Assembly: GCA_963664115.2 (NCBI GenBank)
Contig: CAXWPJ010000012.1
Location: 288,001-352,000, forward strand
Reading direction: 5' to 3'
Length of the DNA stretch: 64,000 nt
From: Terriglobia bacterium
GTDB lineage: Bacteria; Acidobacteriota; Terriglobia; 20CM-2-55-15
Shown piece by piece: positions 43,296-54,179 of this stretch (the first letter of the stretch is position 1; each line of letters starts with the position of its first letter). Made by a program: the position numbers and the translations under genes. The notes under the pieces are model-generated. The model ran no database searches. It was not told the DNA's origin and saw nothing but the letters and a program-made list of their open reading frames with translations.

Positions 43296-43466
43296 ATCGG
43301 TAAACGAAACGGCGTTTATCGAGGTTTAACTCTCGGAGGGCTGCGAGGCGGATAAGCGATACAAGCAGGGTCTGACGACTATGTCAGCGCGGACAGTGTC
43401 GCCGTATGGGTGTTGTGTCAAACCGCGCGCGGCCGCAGGCCGCCGCGCGAGTGTGCCGTCGTGATG

Positions 43467-44108
43467 TCAGTCCCCGGGTGGAAAGAAGATGCCAAAAGTA
43501 TCTGGGCCTCCGGACCGCAGGTCGATCATTAATTCGGTTCGCTCGACACCTGGAACCGTCTCCAATAGAGCAGCGAACTCTCCCGCCTGGATTTCACTCG
43601 CTTCGTCGTGGAACACGATGATCGACCGTGCGCCAACGAGGGTCCCGCTTGGCAGTCCGTACCCGCTTTCGTGGTAGTCCAGGGATCCGGCCCAGACAGT
43701 GGGCGTGTAACCCTGTAATTCCAGTAGTTCCTTGACACGTTGGAGAAGGGAGCTGTCTGAACGATCACCCGTGAGTAGCTGTATCGACAATCGTGCATTG
43801 GCCTGATTTATGACACCTTCCCCCGCCCGGGTTCGTTGTTCTGACTGCGCCTGTGCTGTACCCGCTGTTTCGCCTGACCTCAGTTCTGCCCTATCTTCCG
43901 ATTGGTCTGAGTCGGAAACCACGAACGTCGATGGAAATCCTGAATAGAAGAAGGAAAAGGCTACCAGCGTCAAACCGGTCAAACCCACACCGAGCCTTGC
44001 GATCGTAGTGCCCGTACCCACCTCTACCCCCTTGACCTTCACTCGACCCACTAGTCCCACCAGAAATAACGCTATGCCAAACGTGAGAAGGGCCCATTCA
44101 ATGCTCAT
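43467..44108 (-). CDS. Hypothetical membrane protein (two N-terminal TM helices)
   Basis: 213-aa ORF with a GGAGG RBS. Confidence 0.65.
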   Translation of the reverse strand: MSIEWALLTFGIALFLVGLVGRVKVKGVEVGTGTTIARLGVGLTGLTLVAFSFFYSGFPSTFVVSDSDQSEDRAELRSGETAGTAQAQSEQRTRAGEGVINQANARLSIQLLTGDRSDSSLLQRVKELLELQGYTPTVWAGSLDYHESGYGLPSGTLVGARSIIVFHDEASEIQAGEFAALLETVPGVERTELMIDLRSGGPDTFGIFFPPGD

Positions 44109-44344
44109 ATCGATCTTGCCTCCCGAAGTCCTCGCTCGCCGGCAGCCAGACTACGGCAACGATGACAACGACGATTGATTGCAACCGCACGACCGGGTTC
44201 GGTGTCCTTCAGAATCCCCACTTCGCCCGAGCCGCCTTTTCGGATTCCCGCTCGCTCGGCGCCGGGGCTGGGTGCCACGGGTGTACGTCGTCAAAGTAAT
44301 TCGCCCAGAATTGCGGATCTGCCAAGAGACGGTTTTTACGTTAT

Positions 44345-44411
44345 ACCACTCGAGTTCGACATAGTCCTGAACTGGTTTGAAGAACTGAAGGAACGGGTGC
44401 CGGTGCTCTAA
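44345..44411 (+). pseudogene. Ser/Thr kinase 3'-end remnant
   Basis: EFDIVLNWFEELKERVPVL*; 36 bp identical to the reverse complement of 55582-55617. Confidence 0.7.
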
Positions 44412-44544
44412 ACGACCATGAAAATGATTCTCAAGTCCTGTATCTGGACTCCTCTGTCAAGTAGGCGCAGCTCTCCCGTCAGCTTTCTTCGGCAAAATGC
44501 ATTCAGCAGGACTGACTAGAAGTTACGAGGTGAGTAGCTAGTCG

Positions 44545-44680
44545 ACTGCACCCGTATCTTCGGCCTCAAAAGTGGAACTGTATTGTTCCAGGCCATGATG
44601 GAAATTTGCGCGCGGGGAGCCAACCGATAAAATAACGGCCTCTAAGGGCCAAAGGACTTGTCGGCGTTGCCCCGCGCCGG
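44545..44680 (-). ncRNA. Putative bridge/seek RNA of IS110 element 1
   Basis: Stem-internal-loop structures containing target matches (AGGACTTG, GATAAA) and donor matches (TATCT, ATGATGG). Confidence 0.65.
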
Positions 44681-44748
44681 TCTGACCGGTACGCCATCAT
44701 CTCGAACCTCATCGCAGCTCGCTGAAAAGATATTCCGACTGTTCCGGG

Positions 44749-45783
44749 TCAGGCCGCCTGATACCGGGCCTGATGGTCACAGTCACGGTTCCAAACCGCC
44801 CACACGCGACGCGCCAACTTGTTGGCCAGTGCAACGATTGCCTTGTTGTGTCCGCGGAACTCGTGTTTCTGGAGACCCCATTGCTGGAGAGGTGTCGGTG
44901 TGGCGCCCTCTCGATGGGCACTCCACAACAGGGAACGGCCCCCATGAACCAACAGCATCCGGAGGTAACGATCGCCTTGCTTACTGATCCGGCCCATGCG
45001 TCGCTGGTTGCCACTGGAATGTTCCCGGGGTGTGAGTCCCAGATAACTGGCAAAATGGCGGGACGTTCGGAATCGTTTGATGTTTCCAACAAACCCCACC
45101 ATTGCCGTTGCCGTTAACAGGCCGATGCCGGGAATCGACGTCAGACGCGCGACCTCAGGCATCTGCCGAGCCAGCGTCTTCAACTCTTGTTCCACCGATC
45201 GCATGCGAGATTCCAATTCACGGATCTCGCCACACACCTGGTGAAACATCTCCCGAACGACACTGGGGATGACGACATCTGCATCTTCGATCAGCTCCAT
45301 TACCCCCGGCACCAGATGATCCGCTCCGGTCGGGATCACGTAGCCAAACTCCCGTAACAACCCCCGCACCGTATTGATCCGTGCGGTTCGGGTTCGCATC
45401 CACGCCGAACGGATTCGATGCAATGAGGTCAGTTGCTGTTGGGCCAGGGTTTTGACCGGCACTGGATGAATATCGCTGTCACGATAGGCTTCCAACAATC
45501 CTTTCACATCCGTACGGTCGGTCTTGTTGCGCCTGACGTAGGGCGTCACATACTGCGGCGAGATCAGAACGACCGTGTGTCCCAGTTCCCGGATCTTCCG
45601 ACCCCAGTAATGGGCGGATCCGCAGGCTTCCATCACCACGGTCGCCAGCTCCTGGTTCGCAAAGAACCCCAGAAACTTTGCCCGACTTAAACGATAGGTT
45701 TTCTCTACATGCCCGGGGCGATCTGAAACACCAATTTGAAAAACATTCTTTGCCAGATCCACTGCTATCGTTCTATTCTTCAT
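44749..45783 (-). CDS. IS110 DEDD recombinase/transposase
   Basis: VDLAK, MEACGS, KTDRTD, IPGIG and PREHSSG motifs. Confidence 0.95.
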   Translation of the reverse strand: MKNRTIAVDLAKNVFQIGVSDRPGHVEKTYRLSRAKFLGFFANQELATVVMEACGSAHYWGRKIRELGHTVVLISPQYVTPYVRRNKTDRTDVKGLLEAYRDSDIHPVPVKTLAQQQLTSLHRIRSAWMRTRTARINTVRGLLREFGYVIPTGADHLVPGVMELIEDADVVIPSVVREMFHQVCGEIRELESRMRSVEQELKTLARQMPEVARLTSIPGIGLLTATAMVGFVGNIKRFRTSRHFASYLGLTPREHSSGNQRRMGRISKQGDRYLRMLLVHGGRSLLWSAHREGATPTPLQQWGLQKHEFRGHNKAIVALANKLARRVWAVWNRDCDHQARYQAA

Positions 45784-46145
45784 CTCGGACTCCTTTTTGT
45801 TCACACGTACACGTGTTTCGCCCGCTTTATTGCGAGGCTCAAAATGACTTTGGCACTTCGATGCCGACTCAGTCATCAAAGAGGAGTCCATACCATCAAT
45901 AAATCATCTTCTCGGACGTTGAGAATTGTGCGGCAGGTTTTGCCCCTCACAGGGAAATTTCAGTCCTCTGTGGGCGGGCGCGGTGCCAAAGCCTACGCTG
46001 ATGCACGATGCCTTGCGGGACGAGGACTGCCAGTCTGCCCGACTGGCCGAACACCTCCTATCGTTCGTTTAAATCCCAGTTTCGCCTTTGCCTCTCGGGC
46101 GAATCGAGTAGAATTATCCGTATACCGAAAACCACGAGGGGAGTC

Positions 46146-47156
46146 ATGCGTCAGCCCAGCAAATACTACCGCGCAGCGACCTTAACGTGTTTGCTGCTGT
46201 GTCCCATCACCGCCACTGCTCACCATCACAGAATCAACTTCCTCGACACGACTATCGCCTTTTACGGTGAGATCACTCGCGTCGATTGGCAAAACCCACA
46301 TGTGTATTTCTACGTCGATGCCGAGGACAATAGCGGTCGCACCGTCACGTGGCAAATCGAGAGCGGATCAACACCCAGCTTGACGCGACGTGGATTCAGC
46401 CGGGACTCGCTTAAGGTCGGGGATATGGTCACCGTCCGCGGTAACCCGGACCGCAACCCGGAACGCAAGCGCCTTGTCGCGTCGACGTTCACCAACAGAG
46501 ACGGCACTAATTACGTACTGCAGGGCCGCGCGCCGAACCGCTCGGAGACTCCCCAGGCAATCACGACGAGCATCGCCGGAGTCTGGCAGTCTATTGGCGG
46601 TCCATACGATCGCACGAGGGCCGCAACCCACTTGCCGCTGACCGAGGCAGGCGAGGCAGCGGCTGCAAGATTCAACGTCAACAATGACCCGTTCGCGGAC
46701 TGCGTACCGCCGCCCGTGCCAGACAGCTTGAGCACACCGTATTTGCACGAGGTCATCATCGGTGACGGCACGATCACACTTCGTGAGGAATACTGGGAGA
46801 TCGATCGCACGGTCTATATGGATGGCCGCAGCCATCCGGAAGAGGGTCGACGGACGAATCAAGGACACTCGATCGGACGTTTTGACGGCGAAGTGCTCGT
46901 GGTCGATACCGTCTTATTCGATGACCACGCATTCGGGAATGGGAGTGGCATACCGAATGGTGCCCGAAAGCATATGGTCGAGCGTTATTCGCTGACTGAC
47001 AATGGCACGATGCTTACGATCGACTATGTATTGGAAGATCCCGAGTATCTGGCTGAGGCGGTCACCGACACCCGTCAGTGGCGTTACGCACCGGAACTCG
47101 AGCTGTTGCCGAACCAATGCGACCTGGAGAACGCACGCCGCTACGTGGAAGACTAG
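46146..47156 (+). CDS. Exported protein: DUF6152-like N-terminal domain fused to a GHSxG-family domain
   Basis: Signal peptide ending AHH; WQNPH; IAGVW, CVPP and QGHSIGRFDGEVLVVDT. Confidence 0.75.
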   Translation: MRQPSKYYRAATLTCLLLCPITATAHHHRINFLDTTIAFYGEITRVDWQNPHVYFYVDAEDNSGRTVTWQIESGSTPSLTRRGFSRDSLKVGDMVTVRGNPDRNPERKRLVASTFTNRDGTNYVLQGRAPNRSETPQAITTSIAGVWQSIGGPYDRTRAATHLPLTEAGEAAAARFNVNNDPFADCVPPPVPDSLSTPYLHEVIIGDGTITLREEYWEIDRTVYMDGRSHPEEGRRTNQGHSIGRFDGEVLVVDTVLFDDHAFGNGSGIPNGARKHMVERYSLTDNGTMLTIDYVLEDPEYLAEAVTDTRQWRYAPELELLPNQCDLENARRYVED

Positions 47157-47280
47157 ATCGCGGCAGTAGGAGTCTTCCCCGCGGCGGAACCGGCATATCG
47201 CGTTTTAACGGACGGCGGTATCGAGCCGATGTGGCCACTCAAGCTTTTCTACCGAGGCAAGTTTCTAACCTCAACAGCCC

Positions 47281-47333
47281 TGAAAATGATTCTCAAGTCC
47301 TGAGAAATCATCTTCTCGGACCTTGAGAATTGG
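47281..47333 (+). repeat. Island palindrome P4 (intact)
   Basis: TGAAAATGATTCTCAAGTCCTGAGAAATCATCTTCTCGGACCTTGAGAATTGG. Confidence 0.9.
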
Positions 47334-47430
47334 CCGTGATACTCGGGCTCACAACTTCCTTGCTTATAAACCCCACCGGTAGTTAGATTTATCCAACTTT
47401 TTCACGTTTCGTTTCGGCACACACTAATTT

Positions 47431-48234
47431 ATGGAATCCGGCACCAAACTCCTCCATTACGAGATCTCAACGCTCTTAGGTAAGGGCGGGATGGGAGAAG
47501 TGTGGCGTGCCAAAGACACCAAACTCGGACGTGAAGTCGCCATCAAGACGCTTCCCGAAGAGTTCGCCAGAGACGCAGATCGGTTGGCCCGCTTTGAACG
47601 TAAAGCGAAACTTCTTGCCTCTCTGAATCACCCCAACATCGCAGCCATTCACGGATTTGAAGAAGACAACGGGACGCACTTCCTTGTTTTGGAACTCGTC
47701 GAGGGGGACACCTTAGCCGACCGGGTGAAACGGGGTGCCGTTCCTGTTGAAGAATCACTCAAATTGGCTCTACAGATTGCCGAAGCGTTAGAGGCTGCGC
47801 ACGAGAAGGGTGTGATCCACAGGGATCTGAAACCGGCGAACATCAAGGTCACGCCCGATGACAAGGTTAAGGTGTTGGACTTCGGGTTGGCAAAAGCGTT
47901 TGAGGGAGAGGCTGTAGACGCAAACCTCTCGCAGTCCCCCACGCTGAGCATGGCAGCCACGCAGCAAGGAATCATTCTCGGGACAGCAGCCTATATGAGT
48001 CCCGAGCAGGCGAGTGGATCACCTACGGATAAGCGCGCAGATATTTGGTCCTTTGGCGTTGTGCTGTTTGAAATGCTTACCGGACGGCAGATGTTCACGG
48101 GCAAGACTGTGTCCCACATTCTCGCTGATGTCCTGCGTGCTGAGCCTGAGTGGAGCAGTTTACCGGCCAACCTACATCCGAGGCTTCGGATGCTGCTGGA
48201 ACGCTGCTTGGAGAAAGAAGCAAAAGACCGCTGC
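47431..48234 (+). pseudogene. Hanks-type Ser/Thr protein kinase truncated by an IS
   Basis: GKGGMG, VAIK, HRDLKPAN, DFG and YMSPEQ motifs; cut at the IS end at 48235. Confidence 0.9.
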
Positions 48235-48293
48235 TGTACGTCGTCAGAATAATTCGGACAAAAAGACCATTTAGCTAAGAGACGGTTTTGAAG

Positions 48294-49277
48294 TTATACC
48301 ACTCCAATCCTAAGGTTCTCGATTTTGCGTCGAGCCAGCGTTTTTCTTTTGATCTGGTCACGACGTGCAAGGATCTGCTGATCCCTCCCGAAGAACACGT
48401 CAGCCGGTGTCACGTTGTTCAGAGATTCGTGATACCGATGGTGGTTGTAGTGTTCGACCCATTGCGCGATCGCCTGCTCAAGTTCCCACGGATAATAGTA
48501 GTGTTCCAACTTGACCACGTTCTTCATCGAACGGTGATAGCGTTCGATCTTGCCCTGTGTCATCGGGTGATAGGGCGCACCCCGGGTGTGTTCCATACCA
48601 CGACGTTGTAAATAGTCTTTGAGTTCGTGCGATACGTAGCAGGGGCCGTTGTCGCTCAACAATCGCGGTCGGTGCCGGACTTGTACTTGTCCGACATCTG
48701 TCGCCTGTAGTGCAACGTCCAGCGTGTCCTGAACGTCAGATGCGGCCATGGTTTGAAAGAGCTTCCAGGCGATGATGTAGCGAGAGTAATCGTCCAGCAC
48801 GGTCGACAGGTAGTACCAACCCCAACCGACGACCCTGAAGTAAGTGAAATCAGTTTGCCAGAGTTCGTTCACACGCCGGGTTGGCTGCTGGAAGTGATCG
48901 CTGGCCGTCATCACGATGTATGCGGGACTGGTGATCAGGTCGCATCTCTTCAGAATCCGATACACGCTGGATTCGGAGATGAAGTAGTCCTGGGTGTCGG
49001 TGATCTGCCAGGCCAGTTCCCGCGGTGAGGCTTCCGGGTGGTTCAACGCGGTTTCGACCACCTGTTCCCGCACCGGTCCCGGAATCCGGTTCCAGCAGAA
49101 GCCGGGGCCGGAATGCCGATCTAACAAGCCGGCTGCGCCACGCTCTTTGTATCGTCGATACCAACCGTAGAACGTGCTGCGGGGGACGCCCAGCTCCCGG
49201 AGGGTCGCTGTCACCGACAACTCCGAGTCTTCCACCACTCGGATCGTCTCCAGCTTCTCAGATCCCGATTGCCTCAT
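48294..49277 (-). CDS. Transposase orfB (rve integrase core)
   Basis: WQTDFTY, SDNGPCY and QGKIERYH motifs. Confidence 0.9.
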   Translation of the reverse strand: MRQSGSEKLETIRVVEDSELSVTATLRELGVPRSTFYGWYRRYKERGAAGLLDRHSGPGFCWNRIPGPVREQVVETALNHPEASPRELAWQITDTQDYFISESSVYRILKRCDLITSPAYIVMTASDHFQQPTRRVNELWQTDFTYFRVVGWGWYYLSTVLDDYSRYIIAWKLFQTMAASDVQDTLDVALQATDVGQVQVRHRPRLLSDNGPCYVSHELKDYLQRRGMEHTRGAPYHPMTQGKIERYHRSMKNVVKLEHYYYPWELEQAIAQWVEHYNHHRYHESLNNVTPADVFFGRDQQILARRDQIKRKTLARRKIENLRIGVV

Positions 49278-49615
49278 ATATCGATGCTCTCGGAGTCCGT
49301 TACGTTCAACGTTTTTTTCAGAAAACGATTCTTTAGCAGTATTTCGGCTACGACCTGCTTCAGCTGTTCGTTCTCCTGGCGTAATTCAGTGACTTCGCTC
49401 GATGTCGCTTCCCGCTTCGTGTCCCCAGCCAGCCGTTTCTTCCCCGCCTCCAGGAAGTCCTTGCTCCACCGGTAATACAAATTCGATGGAATCCCTTCGC
49501 GTCGGCACAGCGCTGCGATGCTCTCTTCGCCTCGCAGTCCTTCCAACACAATCTCGCACTTTCTCTTCCGACGAATCTCCCGTACCCGATTCTCTGCCGA
49601 CACTTTCTCACTCAT
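49274..49615 (-). CDS. Transposase orfA (HTH)
   Basis: IVLEGLRGEESIAALCRREGI...YYRWSK. Confidence 0.85.
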   Translation of the reverse strand: MSEKVSAENRVREIRRKRKCEIVLEGLRGEESIAALCRREGIPSNLYYRWSKDFLEAGKKRLAGDTKREATSSEVTELRQENEQLKQVVAEILLKNRFLKKTLNVTDSESIDI

Positions 49616-49775
49616 TCGATCCTCCTTCAGATCGTTCTGATTAGAAAAGTGTCTCTTAGTTTTTTAGGGTATTTCGTACGAAATGCTCTGACGGGCTACA
49701 ACTACGTGTTGTCAGAGCCGTTGAAGTGCCCGCGATGTATGGCGGTGGTTATTGAGAAGTCCTTTGGCCCATCGC

Positions 49776-50350
49776 TTACTTAAAATTGGCATCCGACAAC
49801 TTTTTATGAAGCTTGTCTTCTAGATCTTCAAAATTCCCATCTTTATCTTGATCTGGCACTTCCTTCTCGAACCATTGTTCTTCAACGTCAAGGTCAAAGT
49901 CTGGAAATCGGCCCCCAGTCTGGTTTCGGCTTGTCATCAGGGTCAGTGTCCCACCGTCCGAGCAATCGCACCGCCCAATACATTTTCGCTGCTGTGTACC
50001 AATCAACTCCATCACACCGCATAGCGTGATAGAACATCTTGTCCACATTCTTCCTTTCAATGTTTCTTGGTTCACGATCTGGCAGCGGGTAGTAGCAATC
50101 GTGAATGACGGCAGCACGACGGAAGTCACCAACGTAAGGCGAGCCATAACGCCTTCCCCAAAGAAACTCTGGGATATTTGCACCGCTGATTTCATCGCCC
50201 TCTTCTGCAAGCCGTGTATGGGGTCTTGTCTGGGTCCGTGTAAGTAAAGTCACAGTGGAGTCTCATATGTTTGTCTTTTCCGTTGTCGTCCCTTAGCCAC
50301 CGAGTGATCGGTACTTCGTCTCCTTCTTGGAACTCTCCATGATTACCCAT
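49776..50350 (-). pseudogene. DUF1353-like protein with two frameshifts
   Basis: Three frames join MGNHGEF...FTYTDPD / GANIP...AAVIHD...MYWAVR / acidic tail. Confidence 0.6.
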
Positions 50351-50398
50351 GTCCTTATCTCCAAAGTGAGGATGGCGTGGTGGTAGGCACGAAGATCG

Positions 50399-51223
50399 AT
50401 GCTTAAAGAGAACATTCGCATGCCCGTGCATCGTTTGATTATCGGCGGCACAATCGCTTTGATCTTCGGTGCTGGCATAGTCCGGGCTCAGGATTCGCAC
50501 CCAGACTTCACGGGAATCTGGAGTGGTAGCTTCACGACGCAGGACAACGACTTCTGGGGAGCAGAGGACTTCACGGCGTGCTTCGCGGGCTGCACGCCTG
50601 CGTCTCGCGAGCATCTGTTGGCCCTGTTCGACGACCCAGCTAATGACGATCAATCTGTTAGGGAACTTTGGGATCAAACTGTCGCGTTTATGCGTCAAGA
50701 GCTGGCTGCAAAAGCCACACCGGAAGGATTGGCTCTGCAAAACGCCAACACGACGGCCAACGATCCGACAATTCTATGCAAGCCGTATGGGATCGTGCGC
50801 CAAGCAGCCAGTCCGTTACCGATGGCGGTTCGTCGCGACGGCGAAAATCTTGTCCTTGATTATGAGGAATGGAATCTAAGCCGCACAGTTTACATGGATG
50901 ACAGGAGCGAACCAGCCGACTTAACGTCTACACCGCTTGGTCATTCGGTTGGTTCCTACGAAGGTAACGTTCTCGTAATCAGTTCCTCTGGCATAGAAGG
51001 AGATATCTATTACTCATTTCAAAGCGGTGGTGGCTATAGTGATCAGGTATCAGTGGACGAGCGATATACAATTCACGACAATCCGAGACGCTTAGTGCTT
51101 GAGATGACTGTGACGGATCCCGTGACGCTCACCGAACCACACCTCACCGAGAAAATATGGCTGTGGACCCCCGATGTCGAAATGATCGAGGACAGCTGCG
51201 GTGACATTCCCGGACAACCCTGA
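50399..51223 (+). CDS. Exported hypothetical protein (GHSxG family)
   Basis: Signal peptide; PDFTGIW, CKPYG and LGHSVGSYEGNVLVI. Confidence 0.75.
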   Translation: MLKENIRMPVHRLIIGGTIALIFGAGIVRAQDSHPDFTGIWSGSFTTQDNDFWGAEDFTACFAGCTPASREHLLALFDDPANDDQSVRELWDQTVAFMRQELAAKATPEGLALQNANTTANDPTILCKPYGIVRQAASPLPMAVRRDGENLVLDYEEWNLSRTVYMDDRSEPADLTSTPLGHSVGSYEGNVLVISSSGIEGDIYYSFQSGGGYSDQVSVDERYTIHDNPRRLVLEMTVTDPVTLTEPHLTEKIWLWTPDVEMIEDSCGDIPGQP

Positions 51224-51248
51224 GCAATGTATGTTGAGGAGATGGCTA

Positions 51249-51671
51249 ATGAAATCGATAGTCCTCAGGTCGTTTGTTAGTGCCGTACTACTGTTCTCTT
51301 CGCAGGCGAGTGCGCATCATGCCGCGGCCGTGCTGTATCACCTCGACCAGCAGGTCACCATCGAAGGTGTCGTCACGGAGTTTAGGCTTGGCAATCCCCA
51401 TGCGCGTATCTATATGACTGTCAGGAATGCGAACGGTGAGGAAAACCAATGGATGGCTGAAGGCGGTTCACGCACTGTTCTGACCAGGAACGGTTGGACT
51501 GGCGACGAGCTGCATGTGGGTGACGCCGTCACGATTATCGGTAACCCGTCGCGCAACGGTTCGAGAGTCATCCACTGGGAGAAAGTGGTATTGCCCGACG
51601 GCACCGAACGTTGGGGCGAGGATGTCCCGGAGGATTCCGTTCTCGAAGAGCTGCGCCAGCGACGCCGTTGA
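51249..51671 (+). CDS. DUF6152-like exported protein
   Basis: Signal peptide ending AHH; GNPH, WMAEG and GNPSRNG; GAGGAG RBS. Confidence 0.75.
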   Translation: MKSIVLRSFVSAVLLFSSQASAHHAAAVLYHLDQQVTIEGVVTEFRLGNPHARIYMTVRNANGEENQWMAEGGSRTVLTRNGWTGDELHVGDAVTIIGNPSRNGSRVIHWEKVVLPDGTERWGEDVPEDSVLEELRQRRR

Positions 51672-51821
51672 GCACGAGCCGCGTTTGGCGTTGACGCGAG
51701 GAGCAACAGCACGCCGCGAACGCTTTTGCGAGGGAGCATGGTCCCCGCCCCTTCTAGCATGCCTGTTTGACCTTGGATCGCCGGGCCCAGTCTAAAAAAC
51801 ACCTGAATAAGGTGGGCGCTG

Positions 51822-51864
51822 AAATTCTCAACGTCCGAGAAGATGATTTCTCAGGACTTGAGAA
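51822..51864 (-). repeat. Island palindrome P5 (reverse orientation)
   Basis: AAATTCTCAACGTCCGAGAAGATGATTTCTCAGGACTTGAGAA. Confidence 0.9.
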
Positions 51865-51907
51865 CCTATCGATCAACCGACTGAAAGAAGTAGGGCTTCT
51901 TCGCCGC

Positions 51908-53755
51908 CTACCAACCCGCCGCCTGACCGTCCTTGCGGTGATCGGATCCGGCGCGGTAGATGCCGTTGACGGGATGATCCTCGTCGATGCTCTCGGGTCC
52001 GAACGTCGGTAAAGGAAGGCTCGGATCTCGGGTAAACAAAATGCCCTGGTAGCCTCCGACCGCACTACCGGTGACCGCGCACACGCGGTGGCCCTTGGCC
52101 TCTAGGGTGGCGCCGACCAGGTCAAACAGGTGACTTTCTAAAGACAGCACATCCGAGCCCTGGTTGTGGGTGAAGCGCGCCGCGTCCGTGGTCATCTGTA
52201 TGTTCATACCGTGATCGATGAGATTCACAATGTGTTGTGCATGTGTCTCGGGCTGCACGCTGCCGCCCATGTTGCCAAACGTCATCATAGGGTTGCCGTT
52301 CTGCGCGACGAACCCGGCGATGATCGTGTGAAACGGTCGCTTGCGGGGAGCAACAACATTCGGGCTCTCGGGGTCCAGCGAAAAGGCAGCACCGCGATTC
52401 TGAAGAACGAAGCCGTAGGGGGACACGGTCGCGCCGCTGCCGTACACCGAGAACACGCTGTGGATGAGGGACACCATGTTGCCCCACCGATCGGCTGTGG
52501 TGAGGTAGATCGTGCCGCCGTCCAGTCCGCCGCTGACCGGGGGGGCCGAGGCGCTGTCCATGCTGATTTTCCCACAGAGCGTGGCAGCATACGACTTCGA
52601 GAGCAACTCACCGACGGGAACGCGCGAAAACTCCGGATCGGCGTTATACGCGTAGAGGTCCGAATAGGCTAGTTTCTTGGCTTCGATAAGGAAGTGCCAG
52701 TAGTCCGGGTTCGTAGGTCCGAGTTGAGCCAGGTCCACGCCGTGCACCGGCGCGCAAACCTCGAGGATGTTGAGCATCTCTAGGGCGGCAAAGCCCTGGC
52801 CGGGGGGAGGCAGCTCGAAAACGTCGTAGCCGTGATAATTGGTGGAAACCGGCTCCACCCATTCGGACTCGAACTCCGCCAGGTCGGCCCTAGTCATCAC
52901 GCCACCGTTGGCCTGCACCTTGGCGACGATGGCATCGGCGATCTCGCCCTCGTAGAAGGCCTCGCGGCCCCGTTCCTGCATCAAGCGCAAGGCCGCCGCC
53001 AATTCCGGATTGCGCACCAGGCTGTACAGCGCCGGTGCTCTTCCGTCGTTCAGGAACGTTCGGTTGGAGTCGGGATCGCCACGGAGCTTTCCCTGGACGG
53101 CGACGATGTCGCGGTGGCGGCGCTCCGACTGCCCCCAGCCCTCCTCGGCAAGCTGGGCGGCTCGTGCAAACGTCTCACGGAACGTTAGGGTGCCGAAGCG
53201 TTGTAACAGGGCATCGTAGCCGGAGATGGCGCCCGGGACAGTGGTGGCATTCACTCCGCTTCCGGGCATCCGTTCCAGGCCGAGCTCGTCGCGAAAGAAC
53301 TCCGGTGTCCATCCCGCCGGTGCCCAGCCGGCGGAATTCAATGCATACAGTCTGTTGTCCTGGGCCACCCAAACGAGTGCGAAAAGATCGCCGCCAATGC
53401 CCGTGTCGTTCTGCGAAGTCACGTCCAGGACGGCGCCGGCCGCGACCGCCGCATCAATGGCGTTCCCGCCTCGCTGCAGGATTTCCAGCCCGGCCTGGAC
53501 CGCCAGTGGATCGCTGGTCGCCACGATCCCGTGACGGGCCAGCACCTCCGACCGGCCCTGCGCCAGCCAGCCCTGTGCTCTTGAGCCCGGTACCGCGGCG
53601 ATGGTGGCGGCAGGATTTGGCGCGTCTTCGGTAGGAGTCCCGAACGCGCTAGGCGACTGCACCGCCAGAGACAAGGGCGCCGCCAGCAAGACGGCGGCCA
53701 ACGCCGCGCACAAGAGATCCGCCCACCGACGAACGCTTCTGGTCTCTCTCTCCAT
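51908..53755 (-). CDS. ggt: Gamma-glutamyltransferase
   Basis: GGNAIDAAVA, GIGGD, catalytic Thr in GTIY, KRPFHTI and DHRKDG motifs. Confidence 0.9.
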   Translation of the reverse strand: MERETRSVRRWADLLCAALAAVLLAAPLSLAVQSPSAFGTPTEDAPNPAATIAAVPGSRAQGWLAQGRSEVLARHGIVATSDPLAVQAGLEILQRGGNAIDAAVAAGAVLDVTSQNDTGIGGDLFALVWVAQDNRLYALNSAGWAPAGWTPEFFRDELGLERMPGSGVNATTVPGAISGYDALLQRFGTLTFRETFARAAQLAEEGWGQSERRHRDIVAVQGKLRGDPDSNRTFLNDGRAPALYSLVRNPELAAALRLMQERGREAFYEGEIADAIVAKVQANGGVMTRADLAEFESEWVEPVSTNYHGYDVFELPPPGQGFAALEMLNILEVCAPVHGVDLAQLGPTNPDYWHFLIEAKKLAYSDLYAYNADPEFSRVPVGELLSKSYAATLCGKISMDSASAPPVSGGLDGGTIYLTTADRWGNMVSLIHSVFSVYGSGATVSPYGFVLQNRGAAFSLDPESPNVVAPRKRPFHTIIAGFVAQNGNPMMTFGNMGGSVQPETHAQHIVNLIDHGMNIQMTTDAARFTHNQGSDVLSLESHLFDLVGATLEAKGHRVCAVTGSAVGGYQGILFTRDPSLPLPTFGPESIDEDHPVNGIYRAGSDHRKDGQAAGW

Positions 53756-54179
53756 GTCGAGCTCCTATTGGTTGAGGGTATTGTCAGGTTAAATCGGTCA
53801 CGGCGCCATGCCGGGATGAAAAATCGCCGATCTCGCGACCTTAGTGCTCTGGCTCGTTGTTGGTGCCGGAGTCCATCGTTTTACTATGTCGCGCAAAGGA
53901 ACCGCGTAATTCTGGCAAGTCTATCTATGTGGAAGGGTTATAAGCAAGAAAAGGCGCAACTCCCGCATCTTACCCAATTCTCAACGTCCGACAAGATGAT
54001 CTATGAAAGGGGATGTCAAGAGAAACAGCTCCCCGATGGCCGGCCAGGCGGACACTTTTGTCGTGACAGCCAGCCCCTCTACCGTTATGTGAAGCCCTGG
54101 TTCCGGCAATCCGCAGCGAAATCGTACATCTTTAAGACGGTCGATTCAGAAACTGAACAGCAGATGGGACGGCATGTGC

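Larger units (their letters stand above)
44441..45898 (-). mobile_element. IS110-family (IS1111-type) element inserted in palindrome P3
   Basis: Sub-terminal IRs TGGACTCCTCT (44445) / AGAGGAGTCCA (45880); outward TTGACA; flanks rejoin to restore the palindrome. Confidence 0.9.
48235..49700 (-). mobile_element. IS3/IS481-type insertion sequence
   Basis: TGT...ACA termini with imperfect IRs; orfA/orfB; A7 run near the orfA end; no target duplication visible. Confidence 0.85.
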
